From an uncultured Melioribacter sp. (GTDB lineage Bacteria > Bacteroidota > Ignavibacteria > Kapaibacteriales > Kapaibacteriaceae), in contig CAYSMF010000001.1 of assembly GCA_964432155.1 (NCBI GenBank), forward strand, positions 83,156 through 147,155: a DNA stretch of 64,000 bases, written 5' to 3'. Below the pieces are notes generated by a model that saw only the letters and a program-made list of their open reading frames with translations, was not told where the DNA came from and ran no database searches. Made by a program: the position numbers and the translations under genes. Of this stretch, positions 29,301-38,848 are shown one piece after another. Within the stretch, counting starts at the first letter, position 1. Every line of letters starts with the position of its first letter.

Positions 29301-29965
29301 GACAGCGCAGCAACCTTACCGTGCTGTTGCCACACGGATACGACGGGCAAGGTCCGGAACACTCGAGTGCCCGCTTGGAACGCTTCCTGCAGCTGTGCGC
29401 ACAAGACAACATGGTTGTCTGCAACTTCACGTCGCCTGCGAATTACTTCCATGCACTTCGACGTCAGGTGAAGGCAGAATGGCGCAAGCCAATGATCATC
29501 ATGACGCCAAAGGGATACCTGCGCATCTTCCAGTCAGAGCTTGACGAGTTGGTGAATGGTCAGTATCACGAGATCCTCGACGATCCTTCAGTAGCAGATC
29601 CATCGGGAATCACACGTGTTGTGGTGTGTACTGGTAAGGTGTACAACGAACTTGTCAAGAAGCGCAGCGATGCTGGCGCTTCGCATGTGGCCGTAATTCG
29701 CCTTGAGCAAATACATCCGTTCCATCTCGATGGAATGAAGGCAATACTCGCACGCTACAGCGCGGCACAGGACATCGTCTGGTGTCAGGAAGAGCCAAAG
29801 AACATGGGTGCGTGGACGTTCGTCCAGCCGAATATGCTTGATGCGCTGCAGCAGGGTCAACGCCTACGCTACATCGGACGAGCAGCTTCAGCAAGTCCAG
29901 CAACAGGTTCTGCCAAAGTCCACGAACGTGAGCAAGACGCGCTTCTTAGCGAAGCGATGGCATAA
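26393..29965 (+). CDS. sucA: multifunctional 2-oxoglutarate dehydrogenase E1 component with fused E2 succinyltransferase catalytic domain (Kgd/OdhA-type)
   Basis: 1190 aa. SucA N-terminal region, an Ala/Pro linker, an E2 catalytic domain with the DHRVIQGA motif, then TPP-binding E1 domains (RFSLEGGES, GMAHRGRINVL). Confidence 0.85.
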   Translation: MMSMNSAYVDELYFEYLRNPESVSPEWRSFFASYTPDTAPATAAAAAPVATRAVAASAPATVSGSNGHTTRLPALGEGDTLVPLSSIGGKIAENMEASLRVPTATSVRNVPVKALEENRRIANIVLAKQRRPKLSFTHILAWAIVKSAERHPAMKCSYGVENGKPVRVERAGINLGLAVDTTRKDGTRILLVPSIKHCERLSFVEFARAYDDLIQRARTNKLTPEDLTGANITLTNPGGIGTGMSVPRLMDGQGTIVAAGAIEYPAEFQAMMPDVLATLAVSKVVTITSTYDHRVIQGAESGEFLQYIHQLLLGDHRFYDQLYAALDIPFEPMRWSVEKGVNPFLQHDQPEVIDKEGRVVQMINAYRVRGHLLASINPLGHEAYYYPELDPAHYNFTIWDLDREFDTGGLGGVKRATLRQIIDMLRDTYCDHIGIEYMHVQDPAQKDWIREHVEKTHLKLDLTPEIKLDTFRKLARAENLENFLHTKFLGAKRFSLEGGESTMIILDQVLQQAAAQGLSGAVLGMAHRGRINVLANMMGKPLEKIFNEFEGKIDPESFQGSGDVKYHLGAKGTYTADNGASIHMVLAPNPSHLEAVNPVVEGIARALDDQYRDESYSSVMPILIHGDAAFAGQGVVPETLNMARLSGYSTGGTVHIIINNQIGFTTSPEDSRSTLYASDIAKMLQVPILHVDGYDPEACRAAASFAFAYRQAFGNDVVIDMYCYRKYGHNEQDDPTATQPLLYKKIRNLDPVRKVYGQRLLIERVATEETLKSIVDHELSVLATAYDNRASAVSAAPVTPQFSYFAPVQTAVSRDELATIARAVTSVPDDFNIHPKVKAEADKRMASFEQGHVQWGMAEALAFGSLLREGHSVRITGQDSGRGTFNHRQAVHRDGVTDARHIPLNHIDAIQKLHIHDSPLSEYAVLGFEYGYSTVAKDGITIWEAQFGDFANGAQIMFDQFVSSAEEKWGQRSNLTVLLPHGYDGQGPEHSSARLERFLQLCAQDNMVVCNFTSPANYFHALRRQVKAEWRKPMIIMTPKGYLRIFQSELDELVNGQYHEILDDPSVADPSGITRVVVCTGKVYNELVKKRSDAGASHVAVIRLEQIHPFHLDGMKAILARYSAAQDIVWCQEEPKNMGAWTFVQPNMLDALQQGQRLRYIGRAASASPATGSAKVHEREQDALLSEAMA

Positions 29966-30878
29966 CGTTCGTTGGAACATACGCTTGGGGATGACGACGC
30001 CGACCTATAGTGACATACTCTAGGCGGCGTTTTCCGTTTCTGGAGAGCGCGTAGCATTCCTCGTATAAGCTATCGATTAACCCGGTCGTCATTTCACGGT
30101 AGTACCGGGTGGTGATTTCATAGCGTTGACCGAGCACGGTGTGCTTGATTCCAAGTGACGTGATATGTCCGATTTGTCGATCGCCGACAGTGATGATCGA
30201 ATCGAGTGTCATCACACGATACAATGTGTCGAGATTCGCTGACGGTTCGTTCAGCGGTGCTGTAATGTTGCCTGGCGAACGTGTTACGCGCTGTACTGCG
30301 CTGATGACGAGGATCGTGTCGTCGTAGGGAACGCCAATTGTAACAGGGTTTTCTCCAGGCGCTGACGAGAGCGTAAAGTTTACTTCGTAGGGGGCGATCG
30401 GTCGCTCCGTCATCGAAAAGTCTGTCGTTTGCGACGAAAGTGTAAAGCCACGCTGATCAAAATTGTGGGGCTGCACGGTCTGACCGAGGACGATGTTGCC
30501 AACGTTGTTGATTACTGCATCGTAGCCTTCTACGCGGCTGTACTGTCGGTTACCAGCTACCCGGAACGTGTTTTGCGTCCGTTCACCTGTCGATACAGCG
30601 AGTCCTGTTGAATCACGATCAATCGAAAGCGTCATTCGGCATTCGTAGTTGCCAAGATGGTCTTTGTCCATCACATCAATACGCATATCCGTTGCAACGC
30701 GCACGGCACGCTTGCCAACAACATGTTGCTCCGTCACGAGATCGAAGTCGTGAATGTCTCCAACGCGCATCTGATAGACGAGTGTGTGCTCACGTTGCTG
30801 GGCAAACACGGAGACAACGGCAGTGCAGCATAGAGCCAGCGCGACTGTTAGAACACGATATCGTTGGGAGTTCATCAT
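29946..30878 (-). CDS. hypothetical secreted protein
   Basis: Signal peptide cleaving at VFA|QQ. No recognisable domain. Start ATG overlaps the ppx stop (ATGA). The 3' end overlaps sucA by 20 nt (convergent). Confidence 0.5.
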   Translation of the reverse strand: MMNSQRYRVLTVALALCCTAVVSVFAQQREHTLVYQMRVGDIHDFDLVTEQHVVGKRAVRVATDMRIDVMDKDHLGNYECRMTLSIDRDSTGLAVSTGERTQNTFRVAGNRQYSRVEGYDAVINNVGNIVLGQTVQPHNFDQRGFTLSSQTTDFSMTERPIAPYEVNFTLSSAPGENPVTIGVPYDDTILVISAVQRVTRSPGNITAPLNEPSANLDTLYRVMTLDSIITVGDRQIGHITSLGIKHTVLGQRYEITTRYYREMTTGLIDSLYEECYALSRNGKRRLEYVTIGRRRHPQAYVPTNVMPSLR

Positions 30879-31810
30879 GGACAGAGCATATCTCGCTGAC
30901 GAATGGCATGCAACAGTGCGCCGTGGCGCAGCCCCTTCGTCGATACCCGAACGGCGGGGTAGTCAAGCATGTGAAGTGATTCCGACAAGATGAGCGACCC
31001 GATAGGAACGATGTCTGCGCGGCGTTCATCAAGGCCAGGTATCGCGCGGAGTTCGGGTAAGGTCATTGCGCAAAGTGTTTGTGCGAGGTCATCGACGCGG
31101 GAACGCGCAAGCTGATGACCTTCAATCAAGGTTGCATCGAAGGAAGGAAGTTCGAGATCAATCATTGCCAACGCGGTCGGTGTACCTGCAGTGCCGATGA
31201 ACGTTCTAAAACCACGGATCTGATCTGCGTGATTCGCGAGTTCTTGTCGTACGAACTGGCGCACGTCTTGCTGGTCGCGGTCAGAAATCGGGTGTGACGC
31301 GACAAATCGCTCCATGCAACGGACAACGCCGAGCGCTGTTGATGTACGGAATGCAAGTTCACCGGCGAGACCCGATGCGTATTCTGTGGAGCCACCACCG
31401 ATGTCGATCATACACGCAGATGGCTCGTCCTTGCCAACCGCACCTGCGTAGGTGAGCTCCGCTTCATCCGTCCCGCTAATCACATTGATAGGCCAGCCGA
31501 GGATGGATGAAAGTTCTGCGCAGACATCGGGGCCATTCTCGGCTTCGCGAAGCGCACTCGTTGCCACGGCATACACGGTGCATGATGCAGTGCCGTCGGA
31601 TGCTTCATGCATGACGCGTCGAAAGGTTTCCATCGAGGCCCGTGCTCGTTCGCGTGCTGCGTCACAGATAACACCGTTGCGATCAAGGCCTTCACCGAGA
31701 CGTGGCAAGGTATGGACGTCCTGCACAACCGTATAGGAGCCTTGTGGAGTGATCGATGCGACAACCATCAATGCGGTATTGGTGCCGATATCGATCCCAA
31801 CAGCAATCAT
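30875..31810 (-). CDS. ppx: Ppx/GppA family phosphatase (exopolyphosphatase / guanosine pentaphosphate phosphohydrolase)
   Basis: [25 protein letters not shown], and the actin-like ATPase fold pattern. Start ATG overlaps the mutase stop (ATGA). Confidence 0.8.
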   Translation of the reverse strand: MIAVGIDIGTNTALMVVASITPQGSYTVVQDVHTLPRLGEGLDRNGVICDAARERARASMETFRRVMHEASDGTASCTVYAVATSALREAENGPDVCAELSSILGWPINVISGTDEAELTYAGAVGKDEPSACMIDIGGGSTEYASGLAGELAFRTSTALGVVRCMERFVASHPISDRDQQDVRQFVRQELANHADQIRGFRTFIGTAGTPTALAMIDLELPSFDATLIEGHQLARSRVDDLAQTLCAMTLPELRAIPGLDERRADIVPIGSLILSESLHMLDYPAVRVSTKGLRHGALLHAIRQRDMLCP

Positions 31811-33951
31811 GCCTGTCCGCGCAGATGCTGTCGAATTGCCGAGAGCGTTGTTTGTGCAGCTTCGATGATGTTCGTGCCAGGGCCGAAGATGAGCGACACG
31901 CCAGCAGCGTGGAGCTGATCATAGTCCTTCGGAGGGATAACCCCTCCGGCAATCACCATGATGTCTGATGCACCTTCATGACGAAGTGCTTCGACCAGCT
32001 GCGGAATCAACGTCTTATGTCCAGCGGCCTGACTCGACACACCCACAACGTGGACGTCGTTGTCAATTGCCTGACGAGCGGCTTCTTCAGGAGTAGCGAA
32101 GAGGGGGCCGATGTCAACATCAAAGCCGATGTCCGCAAAGGAGGTCGCAATCACCTTTGCGCCGCGATCATGGCCATCCTGACCAAGCTTCGCGACGAGG
32201 ATACGAGGACGACGACCAAACTCCTGTTCAAACGCATCAACGTCTGCGCGCAGTGCTGTGTAGGTGGCATCGTTCTCATACTCAGCACCATACACTCCTT
32301 CAATAGCCATCGTCTGTGCCTCATAGCGAGTGAACACATCTGCCATTGCTTCGGAAATCTCGCCGACCGTTGCACGCACACGTGCTGCGGCTACGGCTGC
32401 TGCGAGCAGATTACCACTACCAGAACGTGCACTCTCACGGAGTGCAGTAAGTGCTTCCGCTACGGCATCTGCATTCCGACTAGCTCGGATCGAGGCAAGT
32501 CGCTGTACCTGTGACTCGCGCACAGCGGTGTTGTCGATATCGAGCACGTCGATATCGGGCTCGTGAGCGAGTTGGTACTTGTTGACGCCTACGATTACTT
32601 CATGGCCTTGATCAATCTTCGCCTGACGGCGAGCTGCTGATTCCTCGATCTTGAGCTTTGGGATGCCTGCGTTGATGGCGCGCGTCATGCCGCCGTATGA
32701 CTCTACTTCGGCAATGATTGCCGACGCCTCACGCACAAGTGCGTCGGTCAGCGCTTCGACGTAGTACGAACCACCAAGTGGATCAGCCACCTCGGTGATA
32801 TGCGACTCTTCGGCGATGATGAGCTGTGTATTCCGTGCAACTCGTGCTGACTGCTCCGTCGGCAGACCGAGTGCTTCATCAAACGAATTTGTGTGTAGCG
32901 ACTGTGTACCGCCAAGCACGGCAGCCATTGCCTCGATGGTTGTGCGAACAATGTTGTTGTACGGGTCTTGAGCAGACAGTGACCAGCCGGAGGTCTGACA
33001 GTGCGTACGCAGCAACAACGAATCGGTCCGCTGCGGATTGAACTGCTTCATCGCTGTTGCCCACAAGACGCGTGCAGCGCGGAGCTTGGCCACTTCCATG
33101 AAGAAGTTCATGCCAATCGCAAAGAAGAACGACAGCCGTGGTGCAAACGAGTCGACGTTCATGCCACGTTGCATAGCTACGCGAACGTATTCCAATCCAT
33201 CGGCAATCGTGTAGGCGAGTTCCTGAACAGCCGTCGCACCAGCCTCGTGCATGTGGTAACCACTGATCGAGATGCTATTGAACCTTGGCATGTTCTTGCT
33301 GGTGTACTCAATGATGTCCGCAACGATGCGCATTGATGGCTCGGGCGGATAGATGTAGGTGTTCCGCACCATGAACTCTTTCAGAATATCATTCTGAATC
33401 GTTCCCGAGAGCTGCTCCTGCGAAACACCTTGCTCTTCAGCAGCAACAATGAACATTGCGAGGATCGGAATCACTGCGCCGTTCATTGTCATCGACACAC
33501 TCATCGTGTCGAGCGGAATCCCTTGGAAGAGGATCTTCATATCCTCGACGGAATCGATCGCTACGCCAGCCTTGCCCACATCGCCGACTACGCGAGGGTG
33601 GTCGCTATCGTATCCACGGTGCGTAGCAAGGTCGAAGGCAACAGACAGACCCTTCTGACCATTTTCGAGTGCCTTGCGGTAGAACGCATTCGAAGCTTCT
33701 GCCGTTGAGAACCCAGCGTATTGACGAATCGTCCACGGACGATTAGTATACATCGTCGCATACGGTCCGCGCAGATATGGGAACAGACCCGGGAGGGTAT
33801 CGACATGTGCTAACGACTCGAGGTCGTTGGCACTATAGAGCGGCTTGATTGGAATGCCTTCGGCCGACATCCGCTGGAGCGAATCGGGATTCTTCCCCTT
33901 GAGTTCTCGCTGTGCGAGTTCCAACCATGGTGTGATATCGGTCTTCATCAC
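31807..33951 (-). CDS. scpA: methylmalonyl-CoA mutase, large subunit with C-terminal B12-binding domain
   Basis: 714 aa. [19 protein letters not shown], and the C-terminal [30 protein letters not shown] (DxHxxG B12 motif). Confidence 0.9.
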   Translation of the reverse strand: MMKTDITPWLELAQRELKGKNPDSLQRMSAEGIPIKPLYSANDLESLAHVDTLPGLFPYLRGPYATMYTNRPWTIRQYAGFSTAEASNAFYRKALENGQKGLSVAFDLATHRGYDSDHPRVVGDVGKAGVAIDSVEDMKILFQGIPLDTMSVSMTMNGAVIPILAMFIVAAEEQGVSQEQLSGTIQNDILKEFMVRNTYIYPPEPSMRIVADIIEYTSKNMPRFNSISISGYHMHEAGATAVQELAYTIADGLEYVRVAMQRGMNVDSFAPRLSFFFAIGMNFFMEVAKLRAARVLWATAMKQFNPQRTDSLLLRTHCQTSGWSLSAQDPYNNIVRTTIEAMAAVLGGTQSLHTNSFDEALGLPTEQSARVARNTQLIIAEESHITEVADPLGGSYYVEALTDALVREASAIIAEVESYGGMTRAINAGIPKLKIEESAARRQAKIDQGHEVIVGVNKYQLAHEPDIDVLDIDNTAVRESQVQRLASIRASRNADAVAEALTALRESARSGSGNLLAAAVAAARVRATVGEISEAMADVFTRYEAQTMAIEGVYGAEYENDATYTALRADVDAFEQEFGRRPRILVAKLGQDGHDRGAKVIATSFADIGFDVDIGPLFATPEEAARQAIDNDVHVVGVSSQAAGHKTLIPQLVEALRHEGASDIMVIAGGVIPPKDYDQLHAAGVSLIFGPGTNIIEAAQTTLSAIRQHLRGQA

Positions 33952-33995
33952 TCCCTAGCAACGATGATCAATGTGCAAAAATACGCACGCCCCCT

Positions 33996-35147
33996 TTACC
34001 GATAGGGGGTATTCATAAAGCGTGTGGCCTCGGCGTGGGATTGCGACCAATCAGGCCATTCAAGCACCTTCTTGTAGTGACTGATGGCAAGCTGACGCTT
34101 GCCTTGCGCATCGTAGATCTGGCCCATGCGCAGATAGGCTTTGACCATCAGACCCGTTGGCTCATCCTTATCGAGAACCTTGCTCGCCTCGAAACACTTT
34201 TCGAGATACTTCAATGCCATTGGAAAGTCTCGCGATTGCATACGGCATATCCCGATGTAGTAGAGCGCTTCGCGTGCAGCAAGGCGGTCGTACCCAAAGC
34301 GCTTATCCATGTACTTCACGAGGACGTCGCGCCAGCAGAGTTCAGCAGAGTCACGCGGACCAAGACCGATAAGGCACCGACCATAGGCGCGTTGAAACGC
34401 CGGGTTCTTCGGGAAACTCTGATGGAGATCGCGAGCATAAATCATCGCCTCTAGCAGATTCCATTCGAAGTCGGTGTACGCTTGAATAAGAATCACCTTC
34501 GCTTCGACTGCGGCATATCGCGCTTGCCGTGCGGCTGCCTTCAACTGCGCAAGACCAAGTTGCTTATCGCCCGAGGGAAGAAACATCATCAGCGTTCCGA
34601 GTCCGGGACGACGTTCAGGGATCGCTACGCTGAAATAGTTGTAGATGCCAGTGCCAAGCATGACATCATGATTGCCCGGTGCAATGCGGTAGCAATCCTG
34701 CAGGATGCCCAGCGCGATACGTCCGTCATCTGCTGCACTGAAGTAGTTGTTGCGTGTGATGTGGTACCGACCGCGGAAGCCGATGGCTCCGCCCTTGAAG
34801 AACAACGCGGCAACATCCTTGGGCATCGAATCCAAGCGTCGATCGCACACGGCAAGTACGCGATCAATCTTCTGCAGAAACAGCGCATCGTAAGAGGTAG
34901 TCTTCTGATCGAGATTGATTCGCCACCACTCAACCATCGCATCCAAAAAGTAACCAGCAGGATGGGTAGGGTAGAGTGCGATGACCTTCGAGAACTGAGC
35001 ATGCGCCTCGTCAAACTCGACATTGTAGATGTGTCGAATACCCTGTTGAAGTATCGAGTCGCCATCGGACTTCATGGAGACCCATTGCGCACGCAGTGGA
35101 GCTGCGGCCACAACCAGAGCAAGCAGAAGAAAGCGAAGGTTGTTCAT
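33996..35147 (-). CDS. secreted tetratricopeptide-repeat protein
   Basis: Signal peptide cleaving at LRA|QW. TPR-like helical repeats throughout. No catalytic motif. Confidence 0.55.
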   Translation of the reverse strand: MNNLRFLLLALVVAAAPLRAQWVSMKSDGDSILQQGIRHIYNVEFDEAHAQFSKVIALYPTHPAGYFLDAMVEWWRINLDQKTTSYDALFLQKIDRVLAVCDRRLDSMPKDVAALFFKGGAIGFRGRYHITRNNYFSAADDGRIALGILQDCYRIAPGNHDVMLGTGIYNYFSVAIPERRPGLGTLMMFLPSGDKQLGLAQLKAAARQARYAAVEAKVILIQAYTDFEWNLLEAMIYARDLHQSFPKNPAFQRAYGRCLIGLGPRDSAELCWRDVLVKYMDKRFGYDRLAAREALYYIGICRMQSRDFPMALKYLEKCFEASKVLDKDEPTGLMVKAYLRMGQIYDAQGKRQLAISHYKKVLEWPDWSQSHAEATRFMNTPYR

Positions 35148-35180
35148 ACTGCAAACGTACGCGTAGTGTGACAGTATTCG

Positions 35181-36014
35181 TTACGACGAAAACGACCGAC
35201 GATATCGTGCAGCTTGCACGTAAGGATCATATGGCGCGAACCGGGCAATCGCCGCCACGGAGAGAACGAGAAGAATGGTCGTAAGGTATCCTTCCTCTAC
35301 ACCAAACACTCCCGTAAGCCAGGGACGAACAGAAGCATCAAGTCCGGCCGTGTTGAGTTCTGCAAATCGCATACCGAGATCGATGCCACTTACGACGCCA
35401 AAGACGCTGGATAGAGCTACGTTCCAGGTGACATGAAAACCGATAGCCATCCAGAGTGACGATGTCCCTACCACCGCTGTGCCCAACGCAACGCCCGCGA
35501 GTGTGACATTGATGATACTCACTGTTGAGGCACCGGGATTGCTTGCGTGCGCAAGGCCAAAAAGAATGCTTGTCGCGAGGACAGCCGTGAGTGGTCCAAA
35601 GCGTTCGCGTAATGCTTCAAGGATCGTACCTCGAAAGACAACTTCTTCACCAATGGCGAACAGGATGATCGTACTCAATCCAGTCATCGAGAACGTTGGT
35701 TCCGAGAGGACCTCAAGTTGGCCCCCTAGCAGCAGGGCAATCAACAGAACACAAAGCAACGCGATCATCGCCCATGCAACGCCGAGCAACGCGAGCCGAG
35801 AGCTCCGAGGTGTTGGTACAAGACCTGACGTGTGGACAGAACCTCCTCGGCGAAGCTGCTCAATACCGACGACTGCCACGCACGCGACACCGTACGTTAC
35901 GGCCTGCATGCTCATCCCGTCGGTAGCTGGATCGCCGATAAGCACGCCGAGCAGGACTGGTGCTGACATCGCTGCAATCAGAAGGATGATCCGACCTAAC
36001 CAGTGCGACGTCAT
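35181..36014 (-). CDS. CPBP family intramembrane glutamic endopeptidase (CAAX protease / Abi-like)
   Basis: EEVVFRG, FGLAHASN and HVTWN motifs in TM helices. Start placed at the ATG that overlaps the upstream gene stop (ATGA). The raw ORF extends to 36242. Confidence 0.75.
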   Translation of the reverse strand: MTSHWLGRIILLIAAMSAPVLLGVLIGDPATDGMSMQAVTYGVACVAVVGIEQLRRGGSVHTSGLVPTPRSSRLALLGVAWAMIALLCVLLIALLLGGQLEVLSEPTFSMTGLSTIILFAIGEEVVFRGTILEALRERFGPLTAVLATSILFGLAHASNPGASTVSIINVTLAGVALGTAVVGTSSLWMAIGFHVTWNVALSSVFGVVSGIDLGMRFAELNTAGLDASVRPWLTGVFGVEEGYLTTILLVLSVAAIARFAPYDPYVQAARYRRSFSS

Positions 36015-36526
36015 GATGCTACCACCTGTGCTACTGCAGCAGCAAGTAGGAGCAACATCCATGGCAAGAGGTAGCGATTTGGTCCGGATACCTGACGCAT
36101 GATTGCTGTGATACCTGACACCAGGAACACAACCGTGCTCTCGATAAGCGAAAGGTGAAGACTCACAGCAACTACCGACCAGAGTAATAACGAGGTGACG
36201 CCGATCCGCATCATCACACCAAATCCAACACGCTGCATCCACGAGGAAAGCATTCCAACGTAGACTGTTGCGAGGGAAATTGGAGGGACCAACGCTATGG
36301 CAGTCGCGAATGAGGACGTGTGTAGATAGTCGTTACGAAGGAGATGCCGCAGCGTGGCAGCCAGACCAGTTGCAAGAATGAGCAACGTGCTGGCGATGAT
36401 CAACGACACGACAGCATCTGCGTAGAGCATTGCTACCAACGCAACGAACGAGACAACGATAAAGGAAATCACAAATCGCGTTTCCCATCGCAACCCCTGC
36501 AGGTAATTGTGCGCGGTCGAGGTCAT
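36011..36526 (-). CDS. hypothetical polytopic membrane protein
   Basis: 171 aa with about 5 TM helices and no known domain. Its stop overlaps the CPBP start codon. Confidence 0.5.
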   Translation of the reverse strand: MTSTAHNYLQGLRWETRFVISFIVVSFVALVAMLYADAVVSLIIASTLLILATGLAATLRHLLRNDYLHTSSFATAIALVPPISLATVYVGMLSSWMQRVGFGVMMRIGVTSLLLWSVVAVSLHLSLIESTVVFLVSGITAIMRQVSGPNRYLLPWMLLLLAAAVAQVVAS

Positions 36527-36529
36527 GTA

Positions 36530-36718
36530 TCAGGCGTCGTGTTGCAGCGATGCGATGTATTCAAGTACAATCGCCTTCATTGCTTCTTCAACTTCCTCGT
36601 GGGCTGTTCCCTTGACCATGTGTGCCAGCTGGGGGCAATAGGATGCATAGTCGTTCTCGCCACGACGGCGGATAAGAACTTCGTAATCGTTTGGGTCAGT
36701 GCTTGTTGGTTGCTTCAT
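36530..36718 (-). CDS. HicB-like / UPF0150-type small protein (possible orphan antitoxin-fold protein)
   Basis: 62 aa. YEVLIRRRGENDYASYCPQL...GTAHEEVEEAMKAIVLEYI matches the short HicB-like antitoxin fold pattern. No HicA partner gene is evident in the window. Confidence 0.45.
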   Translation of the reverse strand: MKQPTSTDPNDYEVLIRRRGENDYASYCPQLAHMVKGTAHEEVEEAMKAIVLEYIASLQHDA

Positions 36719-36734
36719 ACGATGTGTTCCTTGG

Positions 36735-38342
36735 TCATTTTACCTGATCAATTTTGTCTTGGAGGTAGCGTCGAGAAGGATCGCGCATTAGCGCTTGGCG
36801 CCATGCCGAGATCGCTGCATTCGTTTCTTGAAGTGCCCAGAGAATATCGCCAAGGTGCTCGTAGTGTGTTGCGTTTCCACCAAGAGCGATAGCACGTTCG
36901 ATATAGAACCGTGCTTCCTGATACTCACCAAGTTGATACAGTACCCACGCATACGTGTCGGCATAGGCTGCATTCTGTGACTCTGCTTGTACCGCTCGCC
37001 ATGCCATGGCCCGTGCCTGATCGAGTTGCTCGCGACGTTGCGAGAGCGAATAGGCAAGGTTGTTCAGTGCCAGGGCGTTCTCGGGGTCGAGTCGAAGCGC
37101 ACGGCGGTAATGATGCTCGGAACTATCGGCAGCTCCTCGTTGATCATACAGGATGCCGAGCTGAACCCATGCATCAACCATACGTGGATCTAACTCGACT
37201 GCTGCTGTGTAGAAGGCAAGTGCATCGTCTGACCGTTCAAGCTCGAGGCTTACACTGCCCAGTAAGAAGGCGAATCGTGCATCGGATGGATACCGCCGAA
37301 GTCCCTCAGACAAATACTCGTAGGCTAGATGCGGATAACTACGAATCAGGTACATCCGTCCCACTTCGAGGTAGCTTTCTGCGCGGTGATTCGACGCCAA
37401 CACTGTCTGATCGAACAGCGACCGCGAACGAACGGTATCGTCAAGCGCAACACTTACACTTCCGGCAAGTGCCATCACTGGCCATGTTGTTGGGAAGGTT
37501 GCCAACGCATCATCGAGAAGGGGCAGAATGGATTCGCGATGCAGTGCCATGACGAGTGTGTCTTCCAGCAGGCTCGTAAACGTCACGCCCCATATACGAG
37601 CGCTGCGCTCAATGTCGGGATCACTGCGCTTCCATTGCGAGAGCACGGTGGTGAGTTCGGTAAACATCGCCTCGCGCACGTATACTTCGCACGTACGAGC
37701 GGCTATCTGTGGATCCATAGGATCAGCAAGACGTGCACGTTCGAGCGATTTCAGCACGCCCTTCGTATCGCGCCTGCGCTCATACAGATCAGCAAGTCGC
37801 AACAGTAGCGTTGGATCGGGTTGCGTGGCGCACAAGCGCTCGAAGATCTCAATTGCTTTTGCGTAATTGCGCGGTTCGTACAGGCGTCCGAGCGTGTAGA
37901 GCTGACGTCGTGACGGGTTGAGATTCAGAATGCGCTCATACGCGGCAATGCCCTCGTCGTAATGACCACGGAGGACTTCAATCTCGGCAATCAGTTCCCA
38001 AATATCCCGGGACGTCGAATCTCGCTGTACGGCTGCATCGGCAAACTCGAGGGCTAGCTCGAGCTTCCGCAATTCAAAATAGCTGCGAGCAATGGCAGCA
38101 AGCGTAACGGCCGAGGAATCATAGCGAAGAGCTTGTTGGAACTCAAGAATCGCCTCGGCATGCCGGTTCCCTTGAATCTGAAGCGTCGTGCCGTTGATGA
38201 AGTACTCACGTGCCTTCCGCACCCGCTCTGTCGAGTCGATCTGCTGAGCATGCGCAGCTACCGCACTGAAGGCGAGAATGACGAGCACGCCGAGCATCGG
38301 CAAGCCCGTTCGACAGATGGGGGATCGGAGTATCGGTTGCAT
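36735..38342 (-). CDS. secreted tetratricopeptide-repeat protein
   Basis: Signal peptide cleaving at AHA|QQ, then about 10 TPR units over 535 aa. Confidence 0.6.
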   Translation of the reverse strand: MQPILRSPICRTGLPMLGVLVILAFSAVAAHAQQIDSTERVRKAREYFINGTTLQIQGNRHAEAILEFQQALRYDSSAVTLAAIARSYFELRKLELALEFADAAVQRDSTSRDIWELIAEIEVLRGHYDEGIAAYERILNLNPSRRQLYTLGRLYEPRNYAKAIEIFERLCATQPDPTLLLRLADLYERRRDTKGVLKSLERARLADPMDPQIAARTCEVYVREAMFTELTTVLSQWKRSDPDIERSARIWGVTFTSLLEDTLVMALHRESILPLLDDALATFPTTWPVMALAGSVSVALDDTVRSRSLFDQTVLASNHRAESYLEVGRMYLIRSYPHLAYEYLSEGLRRYPSDARFAFLLGSVSLELERSDDALAFYTAAVELDPRMVDAWVQLGILYDQRGAADSSEHHYRRALRLDPENALALNNLAYSLSQRREQLDQARAMAWRAVQAESQNAAYADTYAWVLYQLGEYQEARFYIERAIALGGNATHYEHLGDILWALQETNAAISAWRQALMRDPSRRYLQDKIDQVK

Positions 38343-38390
38343 CGTGGATGATGACGTACCAAGGGGGCGTTTTATGGCATCGTACCAACG

Positions 38391-38418
38391 AAAAAAGGCC
38401 GCGTGGCGGCCTTTTCTT
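38391..38418 (-). terminator. rho-independent terminator of rpmB (bidirectional hairpin GGCCGC-GUG-GCGGCC flanked by an A-run and a T-run)
   Basis: On the minus strand: AAGAAAAGGCCGCCACGCGGCCUUUUUU, 32 nt downstream of the rpmB stop. Confidence 0.65.
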
Positions 38419-38449
38419 GAACGCAGCCCACCGAGTGGGGCGTAAGTGC

Positions 38450-38671
38450 TTACTTAGCTGCGCGCTTCTTCATGGCTGTGTAGCCCACCTTATCAAGCGT
38501 CTTGAGAGCGCTTGCAGTGATCTTCACAGTTACCCAGCGACCTTCTTCAGGTACCCAGATGCGCTTCTTTTGGATGTTAGGAAGGAAGCGACGACGTGTC
38601 TTATTGTTCGCGTGCGACACATTATTGCCGTACATCACACCAACACCAGTGAGTTCACAGCGACGAGCCAT
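38450..38671 (-). CDS. rpmB: 50S ribosomal protein L28
   Basis: MARRCELTGVGVMYGNNVSHANNKTRRRFLPNIQKKRIW...VKITASALKTLDK follows the conserved L28 pattern. Confidence 0.9.
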   Translation of the reverse strand: MARRCELTGVGVMYGNNVSHANNKTRRRFLPNIQKKRIWVPEEGRWVTVKITASALKTLDKVGYTAMKKRAAK

Positions 38672-38848
38672 GATTCGGACTCCAAATACGATTCGTTAGA
38701 AACAAGACCGCAAGTTTACGGAACTCTTGAACATAAAGCAAGTACCGTGCCAGCAATAACTTGACACACCTTTATGACACAGGTCGACGGGATGGTCCAC
38801 GAGGGGAGACATCCTTGGGGGTAGAAGGGGTCTGCAAAAACCGTAGTT

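Noticed and set aside
36530-36718. Complete HicAB toxin-antitoxin pair
   Set aside because: Only the HicB-like fold protein is present. No HicA-like small basic ORF lies adjacent on either strand.
38672-38848. Possible LexA/SOS box upstream of uvrA (CTGTTAGACACTGTG) and a Bacteroidota-type -7 element (TAGTTTTG at 38844-38851)
   Set aside because: The CTGT repeat is direct, not palindromic, and matches no LexA consensus I know. The TAnnTTTG match overlaps the candidate TTG start, and no convincing -33 TTTG is present. It is too weak to call a promoter.
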